Positions 1 through 17,020 of a stretch of DNA of 64,000 nucleotides are shown here, one piece after another. The stretch is taken from assembly GCF_009914755.1 (NCBI RefSeq), contig NC_060948.1; one strand, written 5' to 3'. The notes below the pieces were generated by a model that saw only the letters and a list, made by a program, of their open reading frames with translations, was not told the origin of the DNA and searched no databases. The stretch comes from the human T2T-CHM13v2.0 reference genome, Homo sapiens. Position 1 is the stretch's first letter. Every line of letters starts with the position of its first letter. The translations under genes and the position numbers were made by a program.

Positions 1-76
1 GGATGGTCTTGATCTCTTCACCTTGTGATCCCCTTGCCTTGGCCTCCAAATTTGCTGGGATTACAGGCCTGAGCCA
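1..76 (-). mobile_element. Alu (partial, 5' end of left monomer; cut by window edge)
   Basis: ggatggtcttgatctc...gctgggattacaggcctgagcca is the reverse complement of the Alu left arm. Confidence 0.9.
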
Positions 77-650
77 AGATCCGTATTTTTTAAATGAAAA
101 AAAATTTCAAAGGTGCTCTGCTTGGTACAATAATCAAATGTATAAACTGAGGAATAAAACATAACCATGAAACCTACTTATAACTGCATATGGAAAATAC
201 AGAGGATAATTTTTTAAATAACATATTTTGAAAGCCTTAACTAGTAATTTGAAGAGTTGGCATTTGAAAGGCCAGTATGAATATACCTTCAAAGCAGCAA
301 CACAGGTTCCCCATGAGAAAAAGCAAACACAGGGAAAATAAAAACACAAAGGTTCAATCTCTTCTGACCTTTGAAAGACACAGCACAGACAGTGGTCCTT
401 AGGACGAAGAGCAGGAGACCCCTAATTCCGTCACCATGGCGATAGGGCATAAACATTGCTGGGTGAGGGCACAATCCACATTGTGAGGTCCAACTGCTGC
501 CAGGAAGACAGGAGTGCTTTTACATAGACCGAAAGGTCATTGAAGGCTCAGAGTTTTGTTTCAAGAACTGAATCCCAAGCCCACACGTTATTAGGCTGCG
601 CTTCTTAAAACAAGTTATGAGATGGGAAAAAGGGCACCCACAAACATACG
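77..650. repeat. HSATI-like non-Alu, GC-richer segment of the DYZ2 unit (representative copy; repeated after every Alu)
   Basis: ~570 bp of complex sequence between the Alu 5' end and the TA-rich block, with no length change seen across 27 copies. Its size and position match the HSATI component of DYZ2 (from knowledge, not aligned). The right boundary is approximate. Confidence 0.75.
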
Positions 651-2206
651 TATACATTATGTATATAATAATATACAGTATCATATATATAATATATATA
701 ACCTATGTATAATATTGTTTTACATCCTGCATCTTATGTTATATATATTGTATAAAATATAATAATTGATAATATATAAGTTTTATAATTATACAATATG
801 ACATATAGTATATATTATAATTTATGACATATATAATATATGTTATATGTCATATATAGAATATATTATACGGTTAATATACGTATTAAATATAAATTAT
901 ACATTATATATATTATATATAATATATCTGTTATATATAATACCCATTATGCATAATATATATATTATGTCTATGTTATATATAGTATAAAACAACATAT
1001 AATAATATATAATTGTATATATAAAATGCGACATATAATATATATTATATTTTATAACATATGTAATATATATTATATATTATATATAATACGTTGTATG
1101 TATAATACCTATATTAAATATATATTATATGACTATGTTATTAATTACATGTCCCATGTGTTATATATTATATATTTTACATAGAATATACCGGTTACAT
1201 ACAATATATACTATGTTACCTATAATGTATAATTGATTACATGTAAAATAAAGAATGCAATATATTATGTAAAATTTATAATATACAATATGTGGAATGT
1301 GACATATGTAACATATAATATATGATATATGATATACACTATATGATATATAACATACAATATATGATTCCTAATATATATGGTATACAATATATATTTT
1401 ATGATATGTATTCTATATGTTTTATATTCTGTTATATATAACTATTTGAAATTATATATAACTGTATAATATTTTATGTAAATATGTAATATAATATATA
1501 TAACTATATAATATATTATATATAACTATATATTATGTTATATATACTTTTATAACATAATTTACATAAAATATCATAATATAATATATATTATATTATT
1601 TCATATTACATAATATATATTACATATCACCCAATATAACTAACATACATAATATTATAATATAGATTATATTATGTTATATTAAATATCATATATATCA
1701 TGTATCATATATTCTATAATATATATTACACATTATATAATATGTATGTTGTCTATTATGTGATATATATAACTATATATATAATTATATTTTTATACAT
1801 ATAACTAGATAAACATGTAATTCTACATATTTTCATTTGTAATAGGTAGAATTATATAATCATATATAATTATTTATATTCTATAAAAAATTTTATCATT
1901 ATATAAATTATAATATATAAAAATTATAATATGTACTACAAATATATATATATTATATATCATATATGATATAGTACCTTTGTTATATATCATAATACAT
2001 ATAAATGTGTATTATGTTATCTATAATTATATAATTTCATATATAAGATGTATAATATGTATCATATATTATATATGTTATGTAATATATATAGTATATA
2101 TAAGATGACACAGGATAAATATTATATACTATGACATATAAAATATATGAGGTTATATGTTACATATAAGGCATAGCACATAACATGTAATATATATCAT
2201 ATATAA
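651..2206. repeat. Degenerate (TA)n/AT-rich low-complexity block of the DYZ2 unit (representative copy; present in every unit)
   Basis: ~1.55 kb of extremely A+T-rich sequence made of short TA runs interrupted by AA/TT/G/C. All observed unit-length variation maps here. Confidence 0.95.
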
Positions 2207-2498
2207 TTTTTTTTTAGACAGAATCTTGTCCTGTTGCACAGGGTGGGGTACAATGGCGCCATCTTTGCTCACTGCAACTTCTGCCTCACGGTTCCAAGCG
2301 ATTGTCCTCCCTCAGCCTCCCAGGTAGCTGGGACTACACCACACTGGGACTACACCAGCTGCCACCATGCCTTGCTAATTTTTTGGATTTTTAGTAGTGA
2401 CAGCGTTTCACTGTATTGGCCAGGATGGTCTTGATCTCTTCACCTTGTGATCCCCTTGCCTTGGCCTCCAAATTTGCTGGGATTACAGGCCTGAGCCA
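2207..2498 (-). mobile_element. Decayed dimeric Alu SINE (AluSc/AluY-like), DYZ2 component
   Basis: T9 tail, ctcactgcaac, cctcagcctccc..gtagctgggactaca, linker gctaattttttggatttttagtag, ggccaggatggtcttgatc, gctgggattacagg.tgagcca. It lacks ~12 nt of the Alu 5' end and has a 16 bp internal duplication. Confidence 0.95.
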
Positions 2499-4605
2499 AG
2501 ATCCGTATTTTTTAAATGAAAAAAAATTTCAAACGTACTCTGCTTGGTACAATAATCAAATGTATAAACTGAGGAATAAAACATAACCATGAAACCTACT
2601 TATAACTGCATATGGAAAATACAGAGGATAATTTTTTAAATAACATATTTTGAAAGCCTTAACTAGTAATTTGAAGAGTTGGCATTTGAAAGGCCAGTAT
2701 GAATATACCTTCAAAGCAGCAACACAGGTTCCCCATGAGAAAAAGCAAACACAGGGAAAATAAAAACACAAAGGTTCAATCTCTTCTGACCTTTGAAAGA
2801 CACAGCACAGACAGTGGTCCTTAGGACGAAGAGCAGGAGACCCCTAATTCCGTCACCATGGCGATAGGGCATAAACATTGCTGGGTGAGGGCACAATCCA
2901 CATTGTGAGGTCCAACTGCTGCCAGGAAGACAGGAGTGCTTTTACATAGACCGAAAGGTCATTGAAGGCTCAGAGTTTTGTTTCAAGAACTGAATCCCAA
3001 GCCCACACGTTATTAGGCTGCGCTTCTTAAAACAAGTTATGAGATGGGAAAAAGGGCACCCACAAACATACGTATACATTATGTATATAATAATATACAG
3101 TATCATATATATAATATATATAACCTATGTATAATATTGTTTTACATCCTGCATCTTATGTTATATATATTGTATAAAATATAATAATTGATAATATATA
3201 AGTTTTATAATTATACAATATGACATATAGTATATATTATAATTTATGACATATATAATATATGTTATATATCATATATAGAATATATTATACGGTTAAT
3301 ATACGTATTAAATATAAATTATACATTATATATATTATATATAATATATCTGTTATATATAATACCCATTATGCATAATATATATATTATGTCTATGTTA
3401 TATATAGTATAAAACAACATATAATAATATATAATTGTATATATAAAATGCGACATATAATATATATTATATTTTATAACATATGTAATATATATTATAT
3501 ATTATATATAATACGTTGTATGTATAATACCTATATTAAATATATATTATATGACTATGTTATTAATTACATGTCACATGTGTTATATATTATATATTTT
3601 ACATAGAATATACCGGTTACATACAATATATACTATGTTACCTATAATGTATAATTGATTACATGTAAAATAAAGAATGCAATATATTATGTAAAATTTA
3701 TAATATACAATATGTGGAATGTGACATATGTAACATATAATATATGATATATGATATACAGTATATGATATATAACATACAATATATGATTCCTAATATA
3801 TATGGTATACAATATATATTTTATGATATGTATTCTATATGTTTTATATTCTGTTATATATAACTATTTGAAATTATATATAACTGTATAATATTTTATG
3901 TAAATATGTAATATAATATATGTAACTATATAATATATTATATATAACTATATATTATGTTATATATACTTTTATAACATAATTTACATAAAATATCATA
4001 ATATAATATATATTATATTTTTTCATATTACATAATATATATTACATATCACCCAATATAACTAACATACATAATATTATAATATAGATTATATTGTGTT
4101 ATATTAAATATCATATATATCATGTATCATATATTCTATAATATATATTACACATTATATAATATGTATGTTGTCTATTATGTGATATATATAACTATAT
4201 ATATAATTATATTTTTATACATATAACTAGATAAACATGTAATTCTACATATTTTCATTTGTAATATGTAGAATTATATAATCATATATAATTATTTATA
4301 ATCTATAAAAAATTTTATCATTATATAAATTATAATATATAAAAATTATAATATGTACTACAAATATATATATATTATATATCATATATGATATAGTACC
4401 TTTGTTATATATCATAATACATATAAATGTGTATTATGTTATCTATAATTATATAATTTCATATATAAGATGTATAATATGTATCATATATTATATATGT
4501 TATGTAATATATATAGTATATATAAGATGACACAGGATAAATATTATATACTATGACATATAAAATATATGAGGTTATATGTTACATATAAGGCATAGCA
4601 CATAA

Positions 4606-4920
<315 letters not shown>

Positions 4921-7025
4921 AGATCCGTATTTTTTAAATGAAAAAAAATTTCAAAGGTACTCTGCTTGGTACAATAATCAAATGTATAAACTGAGGAATA
5001 AAACATAACCATGAAACCTACTTATAACTGCATATGGAAAATACAGAGGATAATTTTTTAAATAACATATTTTGAAAGCCTTAACTAGTAATTTGAAGAG
5101 TTGGCATTTGAAAGGCCAGTATGAATATACCTTCAAAGCAGCAACACAGGTTCCCCATGAGAAAAAGCAAACACAGGGAAAATAAAAACACAAAGGTTCA
5201 ATCTCTTCTGACCTTTGAAAGACACAGCACAGACAGTGGTCCTTAGGACGAAGAGCAGGAGACCCCTAATTCCGTCACCATGGCGATAGGGCATAAACAT
5301 TGCTGGGTGAGGGCACAATCCACATTGTGAGGTCCAACTGCTGCCAGGAAGACAGGAGTGCTTTTACATAGACCGAAAGGTCATTGAAGGCTCAGAGTTT
5401 TGTTTCAAGAACTGAATCCCAAGCCCACACGTTATTAGGCTGCGCTTCTTAAAACAAGTTATGAGATGGGAAAAAGGGCACCCACAAACATACGTATACA
5501 TTATGTATATAATAATATACAGTATCATATATATAATATATATAACCTATGTATAATATTGTTTTACATCCTGCATCTTATGTTATATATATTGTATAAA
5601 ATATAATAATTGATAATATATAAGTTTTATAATTATACAATATGACATATAGTATATATTATAATGTATGACATATATAATATATGTTATATATCATATA
5701 TAGAGTATATTATACGGTTAATATACGTATTAAATATAAATTATACCTTATATATATTATATATAATATATCTGTTATATATAATACCCATTATGCATAA
5801 TATATATATTATGTCTGTTATATATAGTATAAAACAACATATAATAATATATAATTGTATATATAAAATGCGACATATAATATATATTATATTTTATAAC
5901 ATATGTAATATATATTATATATTATATATAATACGTTGTATGTATAATACCTATATTAAATATATATTATATGACTATGTTATTAATTACATGTCACATG
6001 TGTTATATATTATATATTTTACATAGAATATACCGGTTACATACAATATATACTATGTTACCTATAATGTATAATTTATTACATGTAAAATAAATAATGC
6101 AATATATTATGTAAAATTTATAATATACAATATGTGGAATGTGATATATGTAACATATAATATATGATATATGATATACAGTATATGATATGTAACATAC
6201 AATATATGATTCCTAATATATATGGTATACAATATATATTTTATGATATGTATTCTATATGTTTTATATTCTGTTATATATAACTATTTGAAATTATATA
6301 TAACTGTATAATATTTTATGTAAATATGAAATATAATATATATAACTATATAATATATTATATATAACTATATATTATGTTATGTATACTTTTATAACAT
6401 AATTTACATAAAATATCATAATATAATATATATTATATTATTTCATATTACATAATATATATTACATATCACCCAATATAACTAACATACATAATATTAT
6501 AATATAGATTATATTATGTTATATTAAATATCATATATATCATGTATCATATATTCTATAATATATATTACACATTATATAATATGTATGTTGTCTATTA
6601 TGTGATATATATAACTATATATATAATTATATTTTTATACATATAACTAGATAAACATGTAATTCTACATATTTTCATTTAGAATATGTAGAATTATATA
6701 ATCATACATAATTATTTATATTCTATAAAAAATTTTATCATTATATAAATTATAATATATAAAAATTATAATATGTACTACAAATATATATATATTATAT
6801 ATCATATATGATATAGTACCTTTGTTATATATCATAATACATATAAATGTGTATTATGTTATCTATAATTATATAATTTCATATATAAGATGTATAATAT
6901 GTATCATATATTATATATGTTATGTAATATATATAGTATATATAAGATGACACAGGATAAATATTATATACTATGAGATATAAAATATATGAGGTTATAT
7001 GTTACATATAAGGCATAGCACATAA

Positions 7026-7340
<315 letters not shown>

Positions 7341-9445
7341 AGATCCGTATTTTTTAAATGAAAAAAAATTTCAAAGGTACTCTGCTTGGTACAATAATCA
7401 AATGTATAAACTGAGGAATAAAACATAACCATGAAACCTACTTATAACTGCATATGGAAAATACAGAGGATAATTTTTTAAATAACATATTTTGAAAGCC
7501 TTAACTAGTAATTTGAAGAGTTGGCATTTGAAAGGCCAGTATGAATATACCTTCAAAGCAGCAACACAGGTTCCCCATGAGAAAAAGCAAACACAGGGAA
7601 AATAAAAACACAAAGGTTCAATCTCTTCTGACCTTTGAAAGACACAGCACAGACAGTGGTCCTTAGGACGAAGAGCAGGAGACCCCTAATTCCGTCACCA
7701 TGGCGATAGGGCATAAACATTGCTGGGTGAGGGCACAATCCACATTGTGAGGTCCAACTGCTGCCAGGAAGACAGGAGTGCTTTTACATAGACCGAAAGG
7801 TCATTGAAGGCTCAGAGTTTTGTTTCAAGAACTGAATCCCAAGCCCACACGTTATTAGGCTGCGCTTCTTAAAACAAGTTATGAGATGGGAAAAAGGGCA
7901 CCCACAAACATACGTATACATTATGTATATAATAATATACAGTATCATATATATAATATATATAACCTATGTATAATATTGTTTTACATCCTGCATCTTA
8001 TGTTATATATATTGTATAAAATATAATAATTGATAATATATAAGTTTTATAATTATACAATATGACATATAGTATATATTATAATTTATGACATATATAA
8101 TATATGTTATATGTCATATATAGAATATATTATACGGTTAATATACGTATTAAATATAAATTATACATTATATATATTATATATAATATATCTGTTATAT
8201 ATAATACCCATTATGCATAATATATATATTATGTCTATGTTATATATAGTATAAAACAACATATAATAATATATAATTGTATATATAAAATGCGACATAT
8301 AATATATATTATATTTTATAACATATGTAATATATATTATATATTATATATAATACGTTGTATGTATAATACCTATATTAAATATATATTATATGACTAT
8401 GTTATTAATTACATGTCACATGTGTTATATATTATATATTTTACATAGAATATACCGGTTACATACAATATATACTATGTTACCTATAATGTATAATTTA
8501 TTACATGTAAAATAAAGAATGCAATATATTATGTATAATTTATAATATACAATATGTGGAATGTGACATATGTAACATATAATATATGATATATGATATA
8601 CAGTATATGATATATAACATACAATATATGATTCCTAATATATATGGTATACAATATCTATTTTATGATATGTATTCTATATGTTTTATATTCTGTTATA
8701 TATAACTATTTGAAATTATATATAACTGTATAATATTTTATGTAAATATGTAATATAATATATATAACTATATAATATATTATATATAACTATATATTAT
8801 GTTATATATACTTTTATAACATAATTTACATAAAATATCATAATATAATATATATTATATTATTTCATATTCCATAATATATATTACATATCACCCAATA
8901 TAACTAACATACATAATATTATAATATAGATTATATTATGTTATATTAAATATCATATATATCATGTATCATATATTCTATAATATATATTACACATTAT
9001 ATAATATGTATGTTGTCTATTATGTGATATATATATCTATATATATAATTATATTTTTATACATATAACTAGATAAACATGTAATTCTACATATTTTCAT
9101 TTATAATATGTAGAATTATATAATCATATATAATTATTTATATTCTATAAAAAATTTTATCATTATATAAATTATAATATATCAAAATTATAATATGTAC
9201 TACAAATATATATATATTATATATCATATATGATATAGTACCTTTGTTATATATCATAATACATATAAATGTGTATTGTTATCTATAATTATATAATTTC
9301 ATATATAAGATGTATAATATGTATCATATATTATATATGTTATGAAATATATATAGTATATATAAGATGACACAGGATAAATATTATATACTATGACATA
9401 TAAAATATATGAGGTTATATGTTACATATAAGGCATAGCACATAA

Positions 9446-9760
<315 letters not shown>

Positions 9761-11865
9761 AGATCCGTATTTTTTAAATGAAAAAAAATTTCAAAGGTAC
9801 TCTGCTTGGTACAATAATCAAATGTATAAACTGAGGAATAAAACATAACCATGAAACCTACTTATAACTGCATATGGAAAATACAGAGGATAATTTTTTA
9901 AATAACATATTTTGAAAGCCTTAACTAGTAATTTGAAGAGTTGGCATTTGAAAGGCCAGTATGAATATACCTTCAAAGCAGCAACACAGGTTCCCCATGA
10001 GAAAAAGCAAACACAGGGAAAATAAAAACACAAAGGTTCAATCTCTTCTGACCTTTGAAAGACACAGCACAGACAGTGGTCCTTAGGACGAAGAGCAGGA
10101 GACCCCTAATTCCGTCACCATGGCGATAGGGCATAAACATTGCTGGGTGAGGGCACAATCCACATTGTGAGGTCCAACTGCTGCCAGGAAGACAGGAGTG
10201 CTTTTACATAGACCGAAAGGTCATTGAAGGCTCAGAGTTTTGTTTCAAGAACTGAATCCCAAGCCCACACGTTATTAGGCTGCGCTTCTTAAAACAAGTG
10301 ATGAGATGGGAAAAAGGGCACCCACAAACATACGTATACATTATGTATATAATAATATACAGTATCATATATATAATATATATAACCTATGTATAATATT
10401 GTTTTACATCCTGCATCTTATGTTATATATATTGTATAAAATATAATAATTGATAATATATAAGTTTTATAATTATACAATATGACATATAGTATATATT
10501 ATAATGTATGACATATATAATATATGTTATATATCATATATAGAGTATATTATACGGTTAATATACGTATTAAATATAAATTATACCTTATATATATTAT
10601 ATATAATATATCTGTTATATATAATACCCATTATGCATAATATATATATTATGTCTGTTATATATAGTATAAAACAACATATAATAATATATAATTGTAT
10701 ATATAAAATGCGACATATAATATATATTATATTTTATAACATATGTAATATATATTATATATTATATATAATACGTTGTATGTATAATACCTATATTAAA
10801 TATATATTATATGACTATGTTATTAATTACATGTCACATGTGTTATATATTATATATTTTACATAGAATATACCGGTTACATACAATATATACTATGTTA
10901 CCTATAATGTATAATTTATTACATGTAAAATAAATAATGCAATATATTATGTAAAATTTATAATATACAATATGTGGAATGTGATATATGTAACATATAA
11001 TATATGATATATGATATACAGTATATGATATGTAACATACAATATATGATTCCTAATATATATGGTATACAATATATATTTTATGATATGTATTCTATAT
11101 GTTTTATATTCTGTTATATATAACTATTTGAAATTATATATAACTGTATAATATTTTATGTAAATATGAATTATAATATATATAACTATATAATATATTA
11201 TATATAACTATATATTATGTTATGTATACTTTTATAACATAATTTACATAAAATATCATAATATAATATATATTATATTATTTCATATTACATAATATAT
11301 ATTACATATCACCCAATATAACTAACATACATAATATTATAATATAGATTATATTATGTTATATTAAATATCATATATATCATGTATCATATATTCTATA
11401 ATATATATTACACATTATATAATATGTATGTTGTCTATTATGTGATATATATAACTATATATATAATTATATTTTTATACATATAACTAGATAAACATGT
11501 AATTCTACATATTTTCATTTATAATATGTAGAATTATATAATCATACATAATTATTTATATTCTATAAAAAATTTTATCATTATATAAATTATAATATAT
11601 AAAAATTATAATATGTACTACAAATATATATATATTATATATCATTTATGATATAGTACCTTTGTTATATATCATAATACATATAAATGTGTATTATGTT
11701 ATCTATAATTATATAATTTCATATATAAGATGTATAATATGTATCATATATTATATATGTTATGTAATATATATAGTATATATAAGATGACACAGGATAA
11801 ATATTATATACTATGACATATAAAATATATGAGGTTATATGTTACATATAAGGCATAGCACATAA

Positions 11866-12180
<315 letters not shown>

Positions 12181-14285
12181 AGATCCGTATTTTTTAAATG
12201 AAAAAAAATTTCAAAGGTACTCTGCTTGGTACAATAATCAAATGTATAAACTGAGGAATAAAACATAACCATGAAACCTACTTATAACTGCATATGGAAA
12301 ATACAGAGGATAATTTTTTAAATAACATATTTTGAAAGCCTTAACTAGTAATTTGAAGAGTTGGCATTTGAAAGGCCAGTATGAATATACCTTCAAAGCA
12401 GCAACACAGGTTCCCCATGAGAAAAAGCAAACACAGGGAAAATAAAAACACAAAGGTTCAATCTCTTCTGACCTTTGAAAGACACAGCACAGACAGTGGT
12501 CCTTAGGACGAAGAGCAGGAGACCCGTAATTCCGTCACCATGGCGATAGGGCATAAACATTGCTGGGTGAGGGCACAATCCACATTGTGAGGTCCAACTG
12601 CTGCCAGGAAGACAGGAGTGCTTTTACATAGACCGAAAGGTCATTGAAGGCTCAGAGTTTTGTTTCAAGAACTGAATCCCAAGCCCACACGTTATTAGGC
12701 TGCGCTTCTTAAAACAAGTTATGAGATGGGAAAAAGGGCACCCACAAACATACGTATACATTATGTATATAATAATATACAGTATCATATATATAATATA
12801 TATAACCTATGTATAATATTGTTTTACATCCTGCATCTTATGTTATATATATTGTATAAAATATAATAATTGATAATATATAAGTTTTATAATTATACAA
12901 TATGACATATAGTATATATTATAATTTATGACATATATAATATATGTTATATGTCATATATAGAATATATTATACGGTTAATATACGTATTAAATATAAA
13001 TTATACATTATATATATTATATATAATATATCTGTTATATATAATACCCATTATGCATAATATATATATTATGTCTATGTTATATATAGTATAAAACAAC
13101 ATATAATAATATATAATTGTATATATAAAATGCGACATATAATATATATTATATTTTATAACATATGTAATATATATTATATATTATATATAATACGTTG
13201 TATGTATAATACCTATATTAAATATATATTATATGACTATGTTATTAATTACATGTCACATGTGTTATATATTATATATTTTACATAGAATATACCGGTT
13301 ACATACAATATATACTATGTTACCTATAATGTATAATTTATTACATGTAAAATAAAGAATGCAATATATTATGTATAATTTATAATATACAATATGTGGA
13401 ATGTGACATATGTAACATATAATATATGATATATGATATACAGTATATGATATATAACATACAATATATGATTCCTAATATATATGGTATACAATATCTA
13501 TTTTATGATATGTATTCTATATGTTTTATATTCTGTTATATATAACTATTTGAAATTATATATAACTGTATAATATTTTATGTAAATATGTAATATAATA
13601 TATATAACTATATAATATATTATATATAACTATATATTATGTTATATATACTTTTATAACATAATTTACATAAAATATCATAATATAATATATATTATAT
13701 TATTTCATATTACATAATATATATTACATATCACCCAATATAACTAACATACATAATATTATAATATAGATTATATTATGTTATATTAAATATCATATAT
13801 ATCATGTATCATATATTCTATAATATATATTACACATTATATAATATGTATGTTGTCTATTATGTGATATATATATCTATATATATAATTATATTTTTAT
13901 ACATATAACTAGATAAACATGTAATTCTACATATTTTCATTTATAATATGTAGAATTATATAATCATATATAATTATTTATATTCTATAAAAAATTTTAT
14001 CATTATATAAATTATAATATATAAAAATTATAATATGTACTACAAATATATATATATTATATATCATATATGATATAGTACCTTTGTTATATATCATAAT
14101 ACATATAAATGTGTATTGTTATCTATAATTATATAATTTCATATATAAGATGTATAATATGTATCATATATTATATATGTTATGAAATATATATAGTATA
14201 TATAAGATGACACAGGATAAATATTATATACTATGACATATAAAATATATGAGGTTATATGTTACATATAAGGCATAGCACATAA

Positions 14286-14600
<315 letters not shown>

Positions 14601-16705
14601 AGATCCGTATTTTTTAAATGAAAAAAAATTTCAAAGGTACTCTGCTTGGTACAATAATCAAATGTATAAACTGAGGAATAAAACATAACCATGAAACCTA
14701 CTTATAACTGCATATGGAAAATACAGAGGATAATTTTTTAAATAACATATTTTGAAAGCCTTAACTAGTAATTTGAAGAGTTGGCATTTGAAAGGCCAGT
14801 ATGAATATACCTTCAAAGCAGCAACACAGGTTCCCCATGAGAAAAAGCAAACACAGGGAAAATAAAAACACAAAGGTTCAATCTCTTCTGACCTTTGAAA
14901 GACACAGCACAGACAGTGGTCCTTAGGACGAAGAGCAGGAGACCCCTAATTCCGTCACCATGGCGATAGGGCATAAACATTGCTGGGTGAGGGCACAATC
15001 CACATTGTGAGGTCCAACTGCTGCCAGGAAGACAGGAGTGCTTTTACATAGACCGAAAGGTCATTGAAGGCTCAGAGTTTTGTTTCAAGAACTGAATCCC
15101 AAGCCCACACGTTATTAGGCTGCGCTTCTTAAAACAAGTGATGAGATGGGAAAAAGGGCACCCACAAACATACGTATACATTATGTATATAATAATATAC
15201 AGTATCATATATATAATATATATAACCTATGTATAATATTGTTTTACATCCTGCATCTTATGTTATATATATTGTATAAAATATAATAATTGATAATATA
15301 TAAGTTTTATAATTATACAATATGACATATAGTATATATTATAATTTATGACATATATAATATATGTTATATATCATATATAGAATATATTATACGGTTA
15401 ATATACGTATTAAATGTAAATTATACCTTATATATATTATATATAATATAACTGTTATATATAATACCCATTATGCATAATATATATATTATGTCTATGT
15501 TATATATAGTATAAAACAACATATAATAATATATAATTGTATATATAAAATGCGACATATAATATATATTATATTTTATAACATATGTAATATATATTAT
15601 ATATTATATATAATACGTTGTATGTATAATACCTATATTAAATATATATTATATGACTATGTTATTAATTACATGTCACATGTGTTATATATTATATATT
15701 TTACATAGAATATACCGGTTACATACAATATATACTATGTTACCTATAATGTATAATTTATTACATGTAAAATAAAGAATGCAATATATTATGTATAATT
15801 TATAATATACAATATGTGGAATGTGATATATGTAACATATAATATATGATATATGATATACAGTATATGATATATAACATACAATATATGATTCCTAATA
15901 TATATGGTATACAATATATATTTTATGATATGTATTCTATATGTTTTATATTCTGTTATATATAACTATTTGAAATTATATATAACTGTATAATATTTTA
16001 TGTAAATATGTAATATAATATATATAACTATATAATATATTATATATAACTATATATTATGTTATGTATACTTTTATAACATAATTTACATAAAATATCA
16101 TAATATAATATATATTATATTATTTCATATTACATAATATATATTACATATCACCCAATATAACTAACATACATAATATTATAATATAGATTATATTATG
16201 TTATATTAAATATCATATATATCATGTATCATATATTCTATAATATATATTACACATTATATAATATGTATGTTGTCTATTATGTGATATATATAACTGT
16301 ATATATAATTATATTTTTATACATATAACTAGATAAACATGTAATTCTACATATTTTCATTTATAATATGTAGAATTATATAATCATATATAATTATTTA
16401 TATTCTATAAAAAATTTTATCATTATATAAATTATAATATATAAAAATTATAATATGTACTACAAATATATATATTATATATCATATATGATATAGTACC
16501 TTTGTTATATATCATAATACATATAAATGTGTATTATGTTATCTATAATTATATAATTTCATATATAAGTTGTATAATATGTATCATATATTATATATGT
16601 TATGTAATATATATAGTATATATAAGATGACACAGGATAAATATTATATACTATGACATATAAAATATATGAGGTTATATGTTACATATAAGGCATAGCA
16701 CATAA

Positions 16706-17020
<315 letters not shown>

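Noticed and set aside
134-474. Recurrent 71 aa and 61 aa minus-strand ORFs in nearly every unit
   Set aside because: They are short, overlapping and lack any recognisable domain. Recurrence simply reflects DNA repeat identity. They are lost by point changes in several units (U8, U14, U17, U20, U22, U23) with no sign of constraint.
651-2206. TATA boxes, poly(A) signals and a long PATRR-type palindrome
   Set aside because: Such motifs are expected by chance at this AT content. Only short local self-complementary runs were visible, not a long perfect inverted repeat (not computed).
2234-2434. 66 aa ORF within the first full Alu
   Set aside because: It is an antisense-Alu reading frame, open only because of a private tag>ttg change.
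2207-2498. Functional 7SL/Alu ncRNA gene cluster
   Set aside because: The Alu is 5'-truncated and heavily diverged, with an altered B box. Nothing in the sequence supports expression.
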